Source: Mustelus asterias
Lineage: Eukaryota
Length of the DNA stretch: 64,000 nt
Assembly (NCBI RefSeq): GCF_964213995.1
Contig: NC_135826.1
Location: 36,704,001 to 36,768,000, forward strand
Direction: 5' to 3'
The translations under genes were made by a program, and so were the position numbers. Of the stretch, positions 1 through 13,600 are shown piece by piece. Position 1 is the stretch's first letter. Each line of letters starts with the position of its first letter. Below the pieces are notes generated by a model. It was not told the DNA's origin and made no database searches. It saw only the letters and a list, made by a program, of their open reading frames with translations.

Positions 1-194
1 TTGATATCAATGCGGTCAGTCTCACCCTTTTGTCTATGTTTGGACCAAGGCTGTAATGAGGCCAGGTGCTGAACCCAAACTGAGGTTATTGCTGTGTAGC
101 TGATAGCAATATGGACAACACCATCCATCACGTTGTGATAGCAAAAAGCAGGCCAATGCGATGGTAATTGGCCAGAGTGGATTTATAAGAAGTA

Positions 195-432
195 AGTTTA
201 TTTATTTGTCACAAGGCTTACATTAACACTGCAATGAAGTTACTGTGAAATTCCCCTAGTCGCCACACTCCGGCCCCTGTTCGGGTCAATGCACCTAACC
301 AGTCTTTCAGACTGTGGGAGGAAACCAGAGCACCCGGAGGAAACCCACGCAGGCACGGGGAGAACATGCCGGGAATCAAACCCAGATCCCTGGCGTTGTG
401 AGGCAGCAGCGCTAACCCACTGTGCCATCGCG
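195..432 (-). mobile_element. V-SINE with alternative 3' tail
   Basis: Same head and V-domain, but tail GGAGTGTGGCGACTAGGGGAATTTCACAGTAACTTCATTGCAGTGTTAATGTAAGCC...AATAAA. Confidence 0.82.
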
Positions 433-3162
433 CCTGCTTTTTGTGAACAGGATATATCTGGGCAATTTTCCATGTTGTCAGGTGGATGCCAGTGTTATAT
501 CTGAACTGGAACAGCTTGGCTAGGTGTGCGACTAGTTTCAGATCACAAGTCTTCAGTTCTATTCGGAACCCATGTGAAGGGTCAGGCTAATACTGTAGGA
601 CACAAAAAAGACTAAAGAGGACATAAAGAAGCTCATTGTTTGCTAACTCAAAATTGAGTTTTAAAAACTTGTAAATTGTGGGTGGAAGAAGCCAAGATTT
701 GGGGAAGGGAAAAGTAGGGAATGTTCTAATCACAATCTAATAACCCCTACTGGAAAGTGTCTCTTGGGGCTGGGAGATAAAGAGGAATCGTTCCACAAGT
801 GAAAACTACCTTCTCCAAATGGTCACATTTGATGTACCATCACCGGTTTGACAATCAACTCTAGCGGGCAGCCTGACCCTGTCCTCACCAAACAACAAAT
901 ATACTCCAGTGCACGTTACTGGATATTCATGAGCCCTGGCTAATTTTTTCCCCCTTCCTTGTCCCAGCCTTAGCTGAACAATAGAAGAAACAAATCAGCA
1001 CAACATCTTGAAACTGAAAAGAGTGACTCACATCTCAGCGTTTTTAAATTAGGAAAACTTTATTTAGAAATCATAATCCATCACCCATCCAATATAATTC
1101 TTTGGACAAGGAAATAGTACATATTAAACAATTTTATTGAAATCAGTACCACATAATTACTAAGTCCAGAAGCTTTATTGTGGCAATTAAATAAAATCCA
1201 ATGCCCAATCTTTTTACTGCCATCAGTCATTAACTAGGCACTGATCCCTAACCCTGCAAACAGTTCCTAGACTTATTGTCAACCAGGGAAATTAAGGTGA
1301 CCCTTATTTCCTATATGTCCTTTTGTTGCCCAAATTGGTTGTTTGAATGTTTCTGCCAGAGTTATTACACAACGACCAAACAAAGCATGTTCATTTATTC
1401 TTAAATTCTCTTTTTGAGAAATTTCCCAATTTATAGGATGTGTCAAAAGAGGATAATGCAAAAACTGGCACCTATTTTTTCCAAAATGGCTCAAGTCAAA
1501 CACACTCACCTCTTAAAAAGTCTGTTAACAGTGGAAAATTCTTATTTTGGCTGACACTATCAGTATTTGTAGGAACTATTGCCATTATACAGATGGAAAA
1601 AGTGATTACTCTCACCGTACTTACACAAGCCACACCCGTGAAGGTTTTATTTCCTGACATTTTACCCACTTGGACAGTTTCACTCGGACTATCCCCTGCC
1701 CTCTTCCATGCAGAATGCATTACAGTTTTTGGATCAAATGCTTTGAACTATTGGGAGATTTTCCAGGAAATTGGGAGCTTTGTTCCATGAAGTTCTGAGT
1801 CATCATGAATGGTCCTGGTTAAATGAAAATCACACACCACTTCATATTGTCCGAGATTATCACGCGATGAACACAGAGGACATTAGCAGGTACAGGTATC
1901 CAGTTAGGACACAGCAACTTCACAAAATTAAACCATACACAACTACCACCTACCTCTAAATAATCAGGGAATTCCAAACTGGTGAAATATAATCTAATCA
2001 CTGACATGCAGATGGATACTGGAAAGCTGGCTCAGTTTGCTGAATAGTTTACAGTTAAAAATATTCCACTTACAGCGGTAATGTCAGTTAGTCAAATATG
2101 TCATTAAGTGTTGATTCAAGAGAAATTCCTTAAGCCACATTTATTGGCATTTCTTCATAAGTGGCACTGAATTCATGTTCAGTATTTAAAATTTAGAAAG
2201 GGCAAAAGCAATTCTGTTCCAACATTTGAATTTAACAATCTAACCCCCCGTGGACTCAAAATTCCTCATTGGGAAATAGCCCGAGGCCTATTTTTCCCTG
2301 TAACTAACAGCCCAGAAATGAAATCACAGGAGCACATGATTCCTTGGCAAGAGCATGACTGCTACAGCGGATGCAGAGAAAGCACCAATCCTCACACGGC
2401 TGCGGACAGGAGCTGGTGAATGGCAGCCAAACTTTTGATGCCAGATAAAAGTTCCATTGTTATCAACGAGGAAAGATGACTTGGTATTATATTTTTTACA
2501 GCTTTCATCTCACCAATGACAAGCAGTTAACCCTTTACCCCATTACTAAAATTAAAAGAGTTCAGGCAGGTTAGGATCAACAGACAGGCAGTTCAGAAAT
2601 CTCCTGGGTGTGCGGCACTCAAACCAGTATTCAATGTTGAATATAAGTGAGGATGCTGACACTTTGGAAGTGCAGTCAGAAGCCAATCCACCAGCACTTT
2701 GGGAGACTTGGCTTCACAGGGGAGTACAGGGAAGTGTAGCACTGCAGCTGTTATAGGGAGTTCGATAACCAGGGGAAAGTTGTTTTTGCAGCTGCAGACA
2801 TGAATCCCCAGTGATATGTTGCTTTCCCGTTGCCAAGGTATTATGGATGGGTGCAGGAAGTTGTGCTTGTGAAGTTATGGTCCATATTAAAACTAACATA
2901 GGTAGAAAATAGGTTGAGGTCCTACAAGCACTGCTTCAGGAGTTAGGAGGAAGATTAAAGAACACAAAAGGGATGTTTCATTACCTGAAAGGGCTTTGGA
3001 ATCAGATTCCATTGGATCTTTCACAAGTCAATTGGATATATCATTGAAGTGAATTAATTTAAAGGTTATGGAGAAAAGGAAATGGAAAATTGAAGAGAAA
3101 AGGCTGGTGTGGGGGTGAGACTAATTTGTGCAGTTACATCACTGAGCTGAGAGAAATATAGT

Positions 3163-3490
3163 GGGGCAGCACGGTGGCGTAATGGTTAGCACTGCTGCCT
3201 CACAGCACCAGGGACCCGGGTTCAATTCCCACTTGGGTCCCTGTCTGTGTGGAGTTTGCACATTCTCCCCGTGTCTGCATGGGTTTCCTCCGGGTGCTCC
3301 GGTTTCCTCCCACACTCCAAAGATGTACAGGTTAGGTAGATTGGCTATGCTAAATTGCCACTTAGTGTCAAGGCAACTAGCTAGGATAAATGCATAGGGT
3401 TATGAGGCTATGGCCTGGGTGGGACTGTGGTTGGTTCAGACTCGATGGGCCGAATGTCTTCCTTCTGCACTGTAGGATTCTATGATTCAA
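3163..3490 (+). mobile_element. HE1-type tRNA-derived V-SINE with CR1-type tail
   Basis: A box TGGCGTAATGG, B box GGTTCAATTCC, V-domain TGGGTTTCCTCCGGGTGCTCCGGTTTCCTCCCAC, tail CTGCACTGTAGGATTCTATGATT. Confidence 0.88.
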
Positions 3491-3784
3491 TGACACAGTG
3501 GGTTGAATGGCCTCCTTCAGTAGTGTTAGATTCTTTAATTATTCTAATAAATGAAGATGTTCTGCCCATCCACAACATTACTCAATGAGGCTTGAAAATG
3601 ATGGTTATTACAAATAAATGGGTTCTGAAATTACCTCAACTTTTGTTTTTAAATAAAATTTATTTTGCTTGTAAGCTAAGTACTGGGGTTTATTTCTAGA
3701 GGGATAGAATTGAAAAGTGAAGTTATGCTAAGCTTGTATCAAGTCTTGGTCAGACCAAACCTGGAGTACTACATTTAAAGAGAG

Positions 3785-4135
3785 ACGGTGATGCAATTGT
3801 ACCACTGGACTAGTAACTCAGCGAGGCCCAGACTTGTGATCTGTGGTCATGGGTTCAAATCCCACCATGGGATAAAAAAATCTGGAGTTGAAAGCTTGTC
3901 TCAATATCTGTTGCCACAAAGCTATCATGAATTATCATCTGGTTCACTAATGTCTTTAGCAAAGGAAATTTGCCATCCTTACCTGGTCTGGCCTGTGTGA
4001 GATTCCAGACCCACACCAATGTGATTGACTCTTAAACTTGCCTCTGAAAAGGCCTAGCAAGCATTCAGTTGTAGCAATTAGGTATGGGCAACAAATGCTG
4101 ATCTTGCCAGCGGAGCCCACATCCCATGAATGTAC
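3785..4135 (+). mobile_element. tRNA-derived SINE sharing its tail with the CR1/L2-clade LINE (copies also about 13480-13745 plus, 18270-18670 minus)
   Basis: B box GGTTCAAATCCC, body CTGGTTCACTAATGTC..CTTACCTGGTCTGGCC, tail GGGCAACAAATGCTG..CCCACATCCCATGAATG. Confidence 0.7.
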
Positions 4136-7100
4136 AGCAGCTCCCATCTGCCTACTTGAGTGATGGCAAAGACTGAAAAGAAAATGAGAGAGAGTCTAAG
4201 TGAGACAAGGCCCACTAAGCCCACTCCTCTCAGAGTCCAAATCTTTGAATACGTTTTCAGCCAATGAAAAATATTTCAGGAGCACAATTTCTGTTTTGAA
4301 AATTAGTTTTTAAGTATTCTTGAACAAAAGTCTCTACTGGTGACCCAACAATGGTCGTGCATTCTGCAAAGAGCGGGTGACATTTTTTAAAAATAATTTT
4401 ATGGAGCATGTAGCATTTTTATTGCCCTAGAGAAGGTGGCGGTGAGCTGCCTTCCTGAACCAGTGCAGTCGCTGTGGTGCAGGTACACTCACTGTGCTGT
4501 TCGGGAGAGAGTTCCAAGATTTTGACCCAGTGACAGTGAAGGAACGGTGACATAGTTTCAAGTAAGGATGATGCATGGCTCGAAGCGGAGTGTGCAGGTG
4601 GTGGTGTTCCAATGTGTCTGCTGTCCTTGTCCTTCTGAGTGGTAGAGGTTGTGGGTTTGCAATATGCTACTTGTAGATTGTACACCCTGTTGTCACTGTG
4701 AGTTGCTGGTGAAAGGTGATGGACATTGGAGGTGGTGGACATTGGAGGTGGGAGATGGGGTGCTGATCAAGTGAGACTGTTTGAACTGTTTGTGGCATTA
4801 AGAAGCTGTGAGGCGCCAGTGCTAAATTAGCTGATTTCAGTTTGATGCCAACGGGAGGTGCCAAGATCAACAGGTGCTCAACAGATTGACACAGGGGAAG
4901 ATCAGCCAGAGTTCTCACAATCTCTATCCAGGTCATCCCAGCTGGAAAGCATGCATTCAGAAATGCCAGTGGGAAGGTGCACAGACTCAGGCTCGGCTGA
5001 TAACCCCACAGTCAAACAATCTGCCAACAGTCGGTATGGCACACAATTGAACAACAGCCACTTGACTGCACTGCCATTTCCTGTGGCATCTTTAAGCCAT
5101 GAGCATTTTCAGGAGAAATTATGAGACAGTTGGGAGGGGCTCAAATAGAAAATGTCTCACTGTAATTCTTTCACTAAAACAAAGCAATAAATGAATCCCT
5201 GTGTATTGAAGTGAAAGTTCAATTGATTGAACTATTCAGTCTGCAGTACAAATTCTCGCTCTCACTGAAGATCAAACAGTTTGTAAAGGTCGAATAAGAT
5301 TGGAGATTGATGGAGATTAGTCCAGGGATTGAAGTTAATATGACTCTCAGTTTAGGATTGAATAAAGGTTTTGTACAGAATTGAAGGAGTGTTTGCTGCT
5401 TTGAAAACTACATTAGCAGTAAAACTACTTCCATATAGATAAAGAGAATCCTAATGATCCTACACATGAAGGGAATCCATGTGATTTTTAAGATGGTGCA
5501 GGGTTTGAATTAGTGTTCGTTGTTAGTTGGCCAGTCGTCCCGTTCAGCACTTGCTCAACTCTTGAAGTGAGGGAGGAGTTGACGATGAACAAGATTCATG
5601 ATCCTGGCCTCTTCACTGAAAGGTGCTCCATATCAGATTGATTCTTCTCAAACAATCTTTTCAAGAACTGAGCCAAAACTCCTACGGGATCACATTTTTA
5701 TAATGTGTGGGAGGCAGTCATTCAAGAGCAGAGAGACAATCTCTGACGTATCAAGGTGTGTAAGTGAAGAGGCAGTGTCTGCTTCTTATAGACGTATCTG
5801 TTTCTTAACCAACACATGAAACAGCACAATGCTGCAAGATGAATGTTGAATTAATATCCCCAATCAGGGCTAAATTAACTCATTTCAGCTGTTGCTATAA
5901 TTAGCCGGTGATCTAATTAGCCTCTAGGTTAGGGAGGAAACACAGCGCAGGTTCCTGCTTTTGAACAGTATCCAGCATGTGCATAGATGACAGATGCAGA
6001 CACGATCGGGTTCAGCGCCAATGGCCCCATGGCCAAATAGCTCGCTTCCTTGAGAAATGGGGAGCTGGCTAGTTTAGAGTCTAATGTGTAGTTTGGAAGA
6101 ATGCCAACAGCATGGGTTCAATTCCCATTCTGGCTGAGGTCGACTTGAGACCTGCCTCCTCACCTTGTCCCTGACATTGGAAGGCAATGGCAAACCACCA
6201 CTGATAAAAACGGCCATGAAAATAACTCAGGATGAAGCACCAGCAAGAGCCAAAAACCTGCCACTGGGCAGAACATTCATGTATGAACAAACTTGAGAAA
6301 TGGTCACATGGATAAGAGACCTGAGAGTGACTGATAAGCACAAGATGATGCCCAGCAAGAGTCACCACATCTTGGGGAAGGGAGTAAATTAGCAAGACAA
6401 AATAAATGTGTGCAAGGAGGCAAAGTGGGAATGGTAGCTTTGCCCATTAAGTTCTACACTTGTCTTGTGTTATACTTCAATGTTCTAGTTATGAAATCTG
6501 GGCCAGGTTAGATGGACCAAAAGGTTCAATCAGTCCTGCGCATTCCCACTGTGCCGCTGCCATAAACATGACCTTTAGATGCATAACTTCTGTCATTTGA
6601 AACTCAAACACTTTCAGACACTTTGTTTAGGTGATATCTAAAAGATCACATCACTGATTACTGAATTCTGAACTCTTCATCAACCCAATAAATTGTGCAG
6701 TGATGGCCACAGGCATCTCTGAGATGTCAGCTAGAAATGTACAACATGAGACATTGTTATTTGGGGAGTCTGCTTTAACATTTTGCAGATATCCTCAATA
6801 AGTGTACTCTTGCAAATGAGAATTTTTTTCTGCCTTACAAAACCTAGTTCAGCAATCTGTCATTTAGAAGGAATAAAATTGGACGGCACCTCTAGAAATA
6901 TTTGCACAATGACTGGCAAACCTGCTTGTTACTAGTTGAAGTGATAATACTCAAAGGGTCTTGGAATGTGGCATTACAGGTTTTTTCTAACAAATCGTCC
7001 TTAACTACAAACATAGTTCTTCTAAGATGGAGGATGATTGCATGCCTGGCACCAACAGTTTGAGAGCAAGGGAAGTTTGTATAGCTGGTGGCCCTGATGA

Positions 7101-7428
7101 TGAGAAAGTGCAAAATAGTTTGCTAGATATGGGGAGGGGGGTTATCACTGAACAGCGGGCTGTCACAGTTTGGGTGTAAGGATAGTTTGAGTTGGGATGG
7201 TTGCAAACATCAGTCTGATGACTTGGGAGTGAGGACAGCTTGGATAAGATATGAGAGGTTCACTGCAAACCAGGTCTCGACGCTTTAGGAGTTGTTCAGT
7301 AGGTAAAAACGTACTCAATTGGCACCCCACTATGTGGTTCAGTTTACACGTGCAATAGAGATCTATTCAGTTTTATATAAACCCACTATGAGCATATTTA
7401 AAAATTGTGTACAAGTACATTGTCAGCA

Positions 7429-7620
7429 TTATGACTGGCTGGTTCTGTCTTTTGGCAGAAAGTTCTCACTAGATTCAATTTCATCGGTGGATTCTGTGAA
7501 TCCTGCTGGTGGATCAGTCAGGGCTTCCTCCTCGTGGCGGGGAGTAGTTGGAGTTGACTTGTTAGAAGGCTGTGAACAGCTGTTGGGAACTACCGACATT
7601 GGTTGCGGGGAGAGCTCTTC
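7429..7620 (-). CDS. SPPL2B: SPPL2B last coding exon (Pro/Ser/Glu-rich tail EELSPQP...DRTSQS*)
   Basis: ORF 7429..7629 after a T-rich acceptor ttgcag; composition like SPPL2B C-terminal tails; ends in TAA. Confidence 0.75.
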   Translation of the reverse strand, partial: EELSPQPMSVVPNSCSQPSNKSTPTTPRHEEEALTDPPAGFTESTDEIESSENFLPKDRTSQS

Positions 7621-10600
7621 CTGCAACATTCAAATAAAAAAAAAGTATTGGGTCAGTATGGTACAATTCGAAAATCAACTACCCGTGATCAGATGTGTAA
7701 CTGCAGGTCACTCTTCACAGAATAAACACTGCACCCACACCAAACCAAAGTAATAGTTTAACCCCTTTGATGGCTCCATGTGTAAAGGGATATGGAGTGG
7801 TGGTGTTGGCTGGGGGGGGGGGGGGGGGTGTGTTGGGATTGGGAATGGGCAGCAAAAGGTGGCCTTAACAACGCTGCCCACATCCCGTGAGAGTTAAAGA
7901 AAAAATTGAACCATTTTATGTTAGGCAGCACCAGGTTACGGAACACTAACAGAAGGGATATTGCATTCCGCTCGAAGTGTGTTCCACTAATACATTAATC
8001 TTAAATAATTGTTGGAAAAATGTTCAAAATTCTCTTGGTTTGAATGACTTCAGGGAGACTTACCAGTTTGGATGCAGTTGGTGGTGGTGAAGCAACACAC
8101 AAGTTGACATCATGTGAATTGATCTGAAATTTGGTTTAAAAAGAAAGATTATTTTTATAACTTGAGATGCACTTAAAAAAAAAACTCCTTTTACATCATT
8201 CAGGCATCACAACACACCTCTCAGCAGAGAAGGAGACTGACTGAGACAGACACCAGGGTCTTCTTCCCAGGCTATCCTGGTCTCTGAAACTACCACCAAG
8301 TGGTTCCTGCACAAAACCTGATGCAACTCGTAAGATTCACCTCCCTCCCAATTTATAGTCCTCTCAATTTTCCAGCAATCAAAAGTGTCTAGGAGTCTGT
8401 GGCTGATCTACTAAGAATGGTTTTGCAGCATAAAATCCAGGGAATACAGAATTAAAATTGCAGGGGACTAGGACCGAGAGATATACAGACTAAATTCAGA
8501 TTCAATCATCAGGCAAGGTTCTCAGTGACCTAGTGGAAGAGGGAACATTCAGCCAAATACACACTGTCTAGCCTCCCACACAATAAATGATCATTTGGAT
8601 GAGCTTTTACAGTTCAGCTGTCTCAAAGAGGCTGTAAGCAAGTTGGATCCACATTCTGTGAATGGAGGGGGCACGAGATGAGTCTACTTGGGGGACAAAA
8701 GTATGAAAATGGGGCATACTAAAAACTTTTGAAGACAAACTATGAATCACTTGAAAGTGAACTATGAAACCTTGGGCACGTCAATGGGTTTTTCTGATCA
8801 ACACGTGAAGAATCCAATAACCAAATTTAAGAATCTCCAAGCCAAACTATTTAGAAATCCATAGCCACCAATGCAGTGCCTTTTTGGTCAATAGGGAATA
8901 TATACTGGCATCCTATTGGGACACATTCCATACAAATAAGCCCAGGGAACTTAAATGCAGGTTGGGAGGGCTAAGGTTTAAAGGAAATCCAAATGTGCAC
9001 AGAATACAGATATGGTTTGACCAGCTGAAACGATGCAGCTTATCAAAGCCACTTCCCATTGCTTGATCAACTAGGAACACCATTTGCAGTTTGGCATACG
9101 GGATTATAGTTGGAGCTAAGTGGGAAGTATCCTAATCCCTAGGGAAAAGTTTTGGTAGTGTTTGAGCAAGTGCCCTGAAGCATTGCAAACCCTCCTAGTT
9201 CTGCCACCAAACTGCCGTGTCTGTTGAGGAGACTTGAAAGGTGTGACATCTCACACCCAACTCAACCCCAAGAAGATCCAGCCGATTTTCCCACCAAGGA
9301 GGACCTCGCTACTTGATCATTTGACAACAGTCGACACAAATTAGAGACACTGAACAGCAGCTAGACTGTTCTCAGGCAGGTGATAGCACTAGAAAAAGCC
9401 ACCAAGTCCTAGTAAGTACGGGATAGAGACAGCCCCAAAAATTAATAGCAACAAAATTTCAAACAAAACCATATCAGTAAGAGTTTTCACAATTGCATTT
9501 TAGAAAAATTAAAGATACAAATTAAATTAAATCAAACCATTTATAAACAAGTTGCATGTTAAACTACAACAAAAAAGTCTGCTCATCCAATATTATCTAA
9601 TATTGATAATGGAAAGTTTTCTGGTATTATGAGTCGTGCTCTTTTAAAGGTTAGAGTTTAGAACAAGCAGGAAGATTTTACAAGTTAGTGCTGTGCTTGA
9701 TCTGGGTGTGCTTATTGGGGTACTATAGAGGGTTTTTTTACTCTATATCTGATCCGCACTATACCCATCTGGGAGTGCTTAATGCTGGTAATGGGAGCCA
9801 AAAGTAAAAGAAGCGCCCATTCCCCATCATTCAGGTCCTTTGGTGTGATAAAACATAAAATGAGCACCAAAATAGCAAAATTTCAGAACCCACTTTCTGA
9901 TAAAAGGTCTTAGTCTTTCTTCATAAGTGTTGTTCTAACGTTGAATCAGATGCTGTTTAACAACGTGATGTTTGATCAGAAATGGCTTTTCTTAGGTTGA
10001 TATGAAGGCTTCAGGAGAACCCAAAGTAACATGGTTAAACCCTGTTATCAAACTTCACATCAGTCCCAAGATAGACCAGCATGATGGAAGAACTGCAAAT
10101 CTACTCAACTTTGTTATACTTTTGAAAAAAACATTCTTCTATGCACTCATATCAAACTGGTATTCACCGCAAATCCACTTCCGTTCCAGAACATTGCCAC
10201 TTCTTTGCGCCAGCAAGCCACACTAATGCTAGTGATCAGAGTGCATGGGACCAGGTAAAGGAGCGCTGGCTGACCCGTCTGCATCAGTGCCAGAGCAACA
10301 AAGGTAATGAGAAGACCAATTCCATAGGCTGTGGAAGAGAGGACAGACTTCAATGTACAACAAGCACTTGTGTAAACAAGAAAAGTGTGTAGAAACAAGA
10401 AAAAATCACATCAATGTACAGTACTCAATCTTTTTCAACTGAATACACTTAATGTTAAATTTGACCCATTTAGAATCTCTCTCATATCCCTCCGAGACAT
10501 TGTACAGGCTTCTTCTGTTAACATTAACTTCACCAAGTTCAGGCCCTAGCTCTTCATTTTCCTTTTTGAAACTCCCAACTTATTATTTCCCTATCAATTT

Positions 10601-13600
10601 TACAGGCACGCCTGATTCACTACTTAGGTCTTTCTAAAGCCTTCCTTCTCTCAAACACCGAGAAAGCTATTATTGATGGCCATTAAATCCATTATGTGCC
10701 TCCTACACAAGTAATTAATAGGTACACAGTCTTGAATACCTTTCATCTCTACCACACCCCAGGTTTGATCAGATATAAAAGATCTTCTCAAGCCTCGGAT
10801 AGTTTCAGCAAAGAGTCGGCACCTGGAACATGAATCTATCTTTTGTCTTTCAGGTGCTAATGACTTTGCTGTTAATTACAGCATTTTCTGCATTCCTAGT
10901 TTCTTCTGCCTCTACCAGGGGAGGTATGGTAAAGTACGGTCATTGAGGTGAAACTAATTTTGTTATTTTCCGTATATATTTCAATGGGTACAAAATTCAA
11001 GGAAAATGCCACAATTTTCTACCCAAATATCTATCATTTTAATCAAGATTCAAATATTTCTGTACACAATATAGTATGTCTTAATTCTGTTTAAAAGTCC
11101 TTGTTATTTAGCTGATTGTGTAGACATTTCATCTCAACTGTGTAGCTCCAGCAGTTACATCCTGCTGAGAAAAGCACCAGCAACACAAAATTACAGGAGA
11201 TTTAATTCACTCCTTCAATTCTACCTTTGCAAATCATTGAAGATCAAAGGGTATGATGATTAGAAATGCTCTTCTTATATTCTTTCACAGGTAATGGGCG
11301 TCGCTGGCTAGGCCAGCATTTATTGCACATCCTTAATTGCCCTCGAGAAGGTGGTGGTGAACTTCTTGAACCTCAGCAGTCCATGTGGTGGTGTAGGTAC
11401 ACCCACGGTGCTGTTAGGGAGGGCATTCCAGGATTTTTACCCAGCTATGGTGAAGGAATGGTGATATATTTCAGGATGATGTGCGGCTTGGAGGGGAACT
11501 TACAGGTGATGCTGCCCTAGGTAGGAGAGGTTGCGGATTTGGAAGATGCTGTTGAAGAAGCCTTGGTGAGTTGCTGCAGTGCATCTTGTACATTGTACAC
11601 ACTGTTGCCACTATGCGTCAGTGGTGGAGGAGTGAATGTTGAAGGTGGTCGATGGGGTGCTAATCAAGTAGGCTGCTTTGTCCTGGATGGTATGAAGTTT
11701 CTTGAGTATTGTCGGAGCTGCACTCATCCAGACAAGTGGTAAGCATTCCAACACTCTCCTGACTTGTGCCATGTAAATGGTGCACAGGTTTTTGGGAGTC
11801 AGGAGGCTGTGCAGAATTCCAAGCTTCTAATCTGCCCTTGTAGCCACTATATTTATATGTCTGGTTTAGTTTCTAGTCAATAGTAACCCCAGGTTGCTTG
11901 CTGATAGTGGGGGAATTTAGCAATTAGAATCATTGAATGAGATGGGGAGATGGTTAGATTATCTCCTGTTGGAGATGGCCACTTCTTGGCAATTGTGTGG
12001 CGTGATTGCAACTTGTCACTTATCAGCCCAAGCCTTAAAGTTCTCTACGTCCTGGGGCAAATGGACAAGGGCTGCTTCAGTATCGGAGGCGCTACAACCG
12101 GTAATGAGCATTATTCAATAATAATAGTGCATTAGGGGCTTCCACTTGTAGAATCGTCAAATCTTACAGCACAGAAAGCGGCCATTTAGCTCATCATAAG
12201 TGTCGACTCAGAAATAGAGAATTGGTCCCATTCCCCAGCTCTTTCCCCACAGCCAGATTTTTCATTTCAAGGTTAGATATTTACCGGTGAAGTTCCTGCT
12301 TCACCAATGGGTTTTGTTGCCATGTCAAATAAAATGTGGCACTTACCAATCGTGCAAGCCACAAAGTAGATTCTTGAGGTCTGCACCTGAATGTCAAACC
12401 TGTGACAGTATGCCACCAACATTCCTGAAAGGAAGACAGAGAAGGAAAGTCTTACTGTACTCACATTGTTTAAGGAAGGGAGAAGAGGAAACTATGATTT
12501 ACGATGATAATCAAAGAAACTTTCAGTATGAAGACCCTACACAATGCGCTTTTCCTCAAGTGGTTGGGAAACAGTATTTTTTAGTTCAATACAAACTGAT
12601 CAGCATAAAATTATACAAGTACCACTAGGGACCATCATCCTTTTGGTATGTGAGGCCCTGCAAAGACTTACATTGTTTCTGCATGTAGCCAAGGGAATAT
12701 GTATGAGATGGTGGCCCGACTCCAGGAGACAACCACTTTGCAGCAAATCCAAAATTTGCGAAAGAGATATTCAAACGATTTCCTGTCATTTATTAATCAA
12801 CTATTTGAGGACAAACATTTCCAGGGTTAAGGACTAAAGCAGATTACAATTGAGAGAATTTGTTCACCTGGTATTAAGACATCACCAAAGCCAAGGAGGG
12901 AGAATGGCCTGTCACAAAGTGCCAGAGGTGAAGAATTCAACCGGGGCACCTTTAGTACCATTGGGAGCTGAGGACAAGAGGAAAAGTCTCATCAGGATTG
13001 CAAATGTTTTATTTGACTGAAGCATAGGGGAAAGTTTGATCTGCTTCGAATATCCTTTGCCACATAACAAGTCTAACATATTCGATTACATTTTCAAGGA
13101 CTCAAGTTAATTCATTAGATTACACTAATTGTGCATATTCGTACCTGGCTGGACTAACAGATTTAGGGTGATTCTAAATGGTTATAGAAAAATCCTGCTA
13201 AGTGTGAACATCCCAATGGCTAATGAGAGCCACTTTTATCCCACAAAACGTCAACTTATGGAGGAATTTGCTTTAGGACAAATACGCTTGGGGAACTTAA
13301 ATGGCACTTAATGGTTGAAAGTATAAAACACATTCAGTATAAGATCATATACTCAAAATTAGTAAACTGTAAAATTGTTTGTAACTAGCTCGTTTACTCA
13401 ATCAGAATACTGAAACTCATTGTGAAATATGTTCAGCCACCAACTTGCCGAATATTTATCCAGTGAGCCACTTGGATCAGGAAAGTCTCAAGTTTGGTGT
13501 TGGAATCACATGACCATGAGACCATTGTTGGTTTTTGTAAAAGCCTATCTGATCCACTAGTGTCCCTTGGGAAAGGAAATTTACTGTCCTTACCTGGTCT

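Noticed and set aside
1440-1790. 116-aa ORF with a hydrophobic stretch
   Set aside because: Non-ATG start, no recognisable family, no supporting exon structure. The region may be distal 3'UTR or intergenic.
3163-3240. tRNA-like A/B boxes at SINE heads as tRNA genes
   Set aside because: They continue directly into SINE body and tail; no complete cloverleaf is evident.
7319-7753. 144-aa plus-strand ORF
   Set aside because: Antisense shadow of the SPPL2B last exon, with a non-ATG start.
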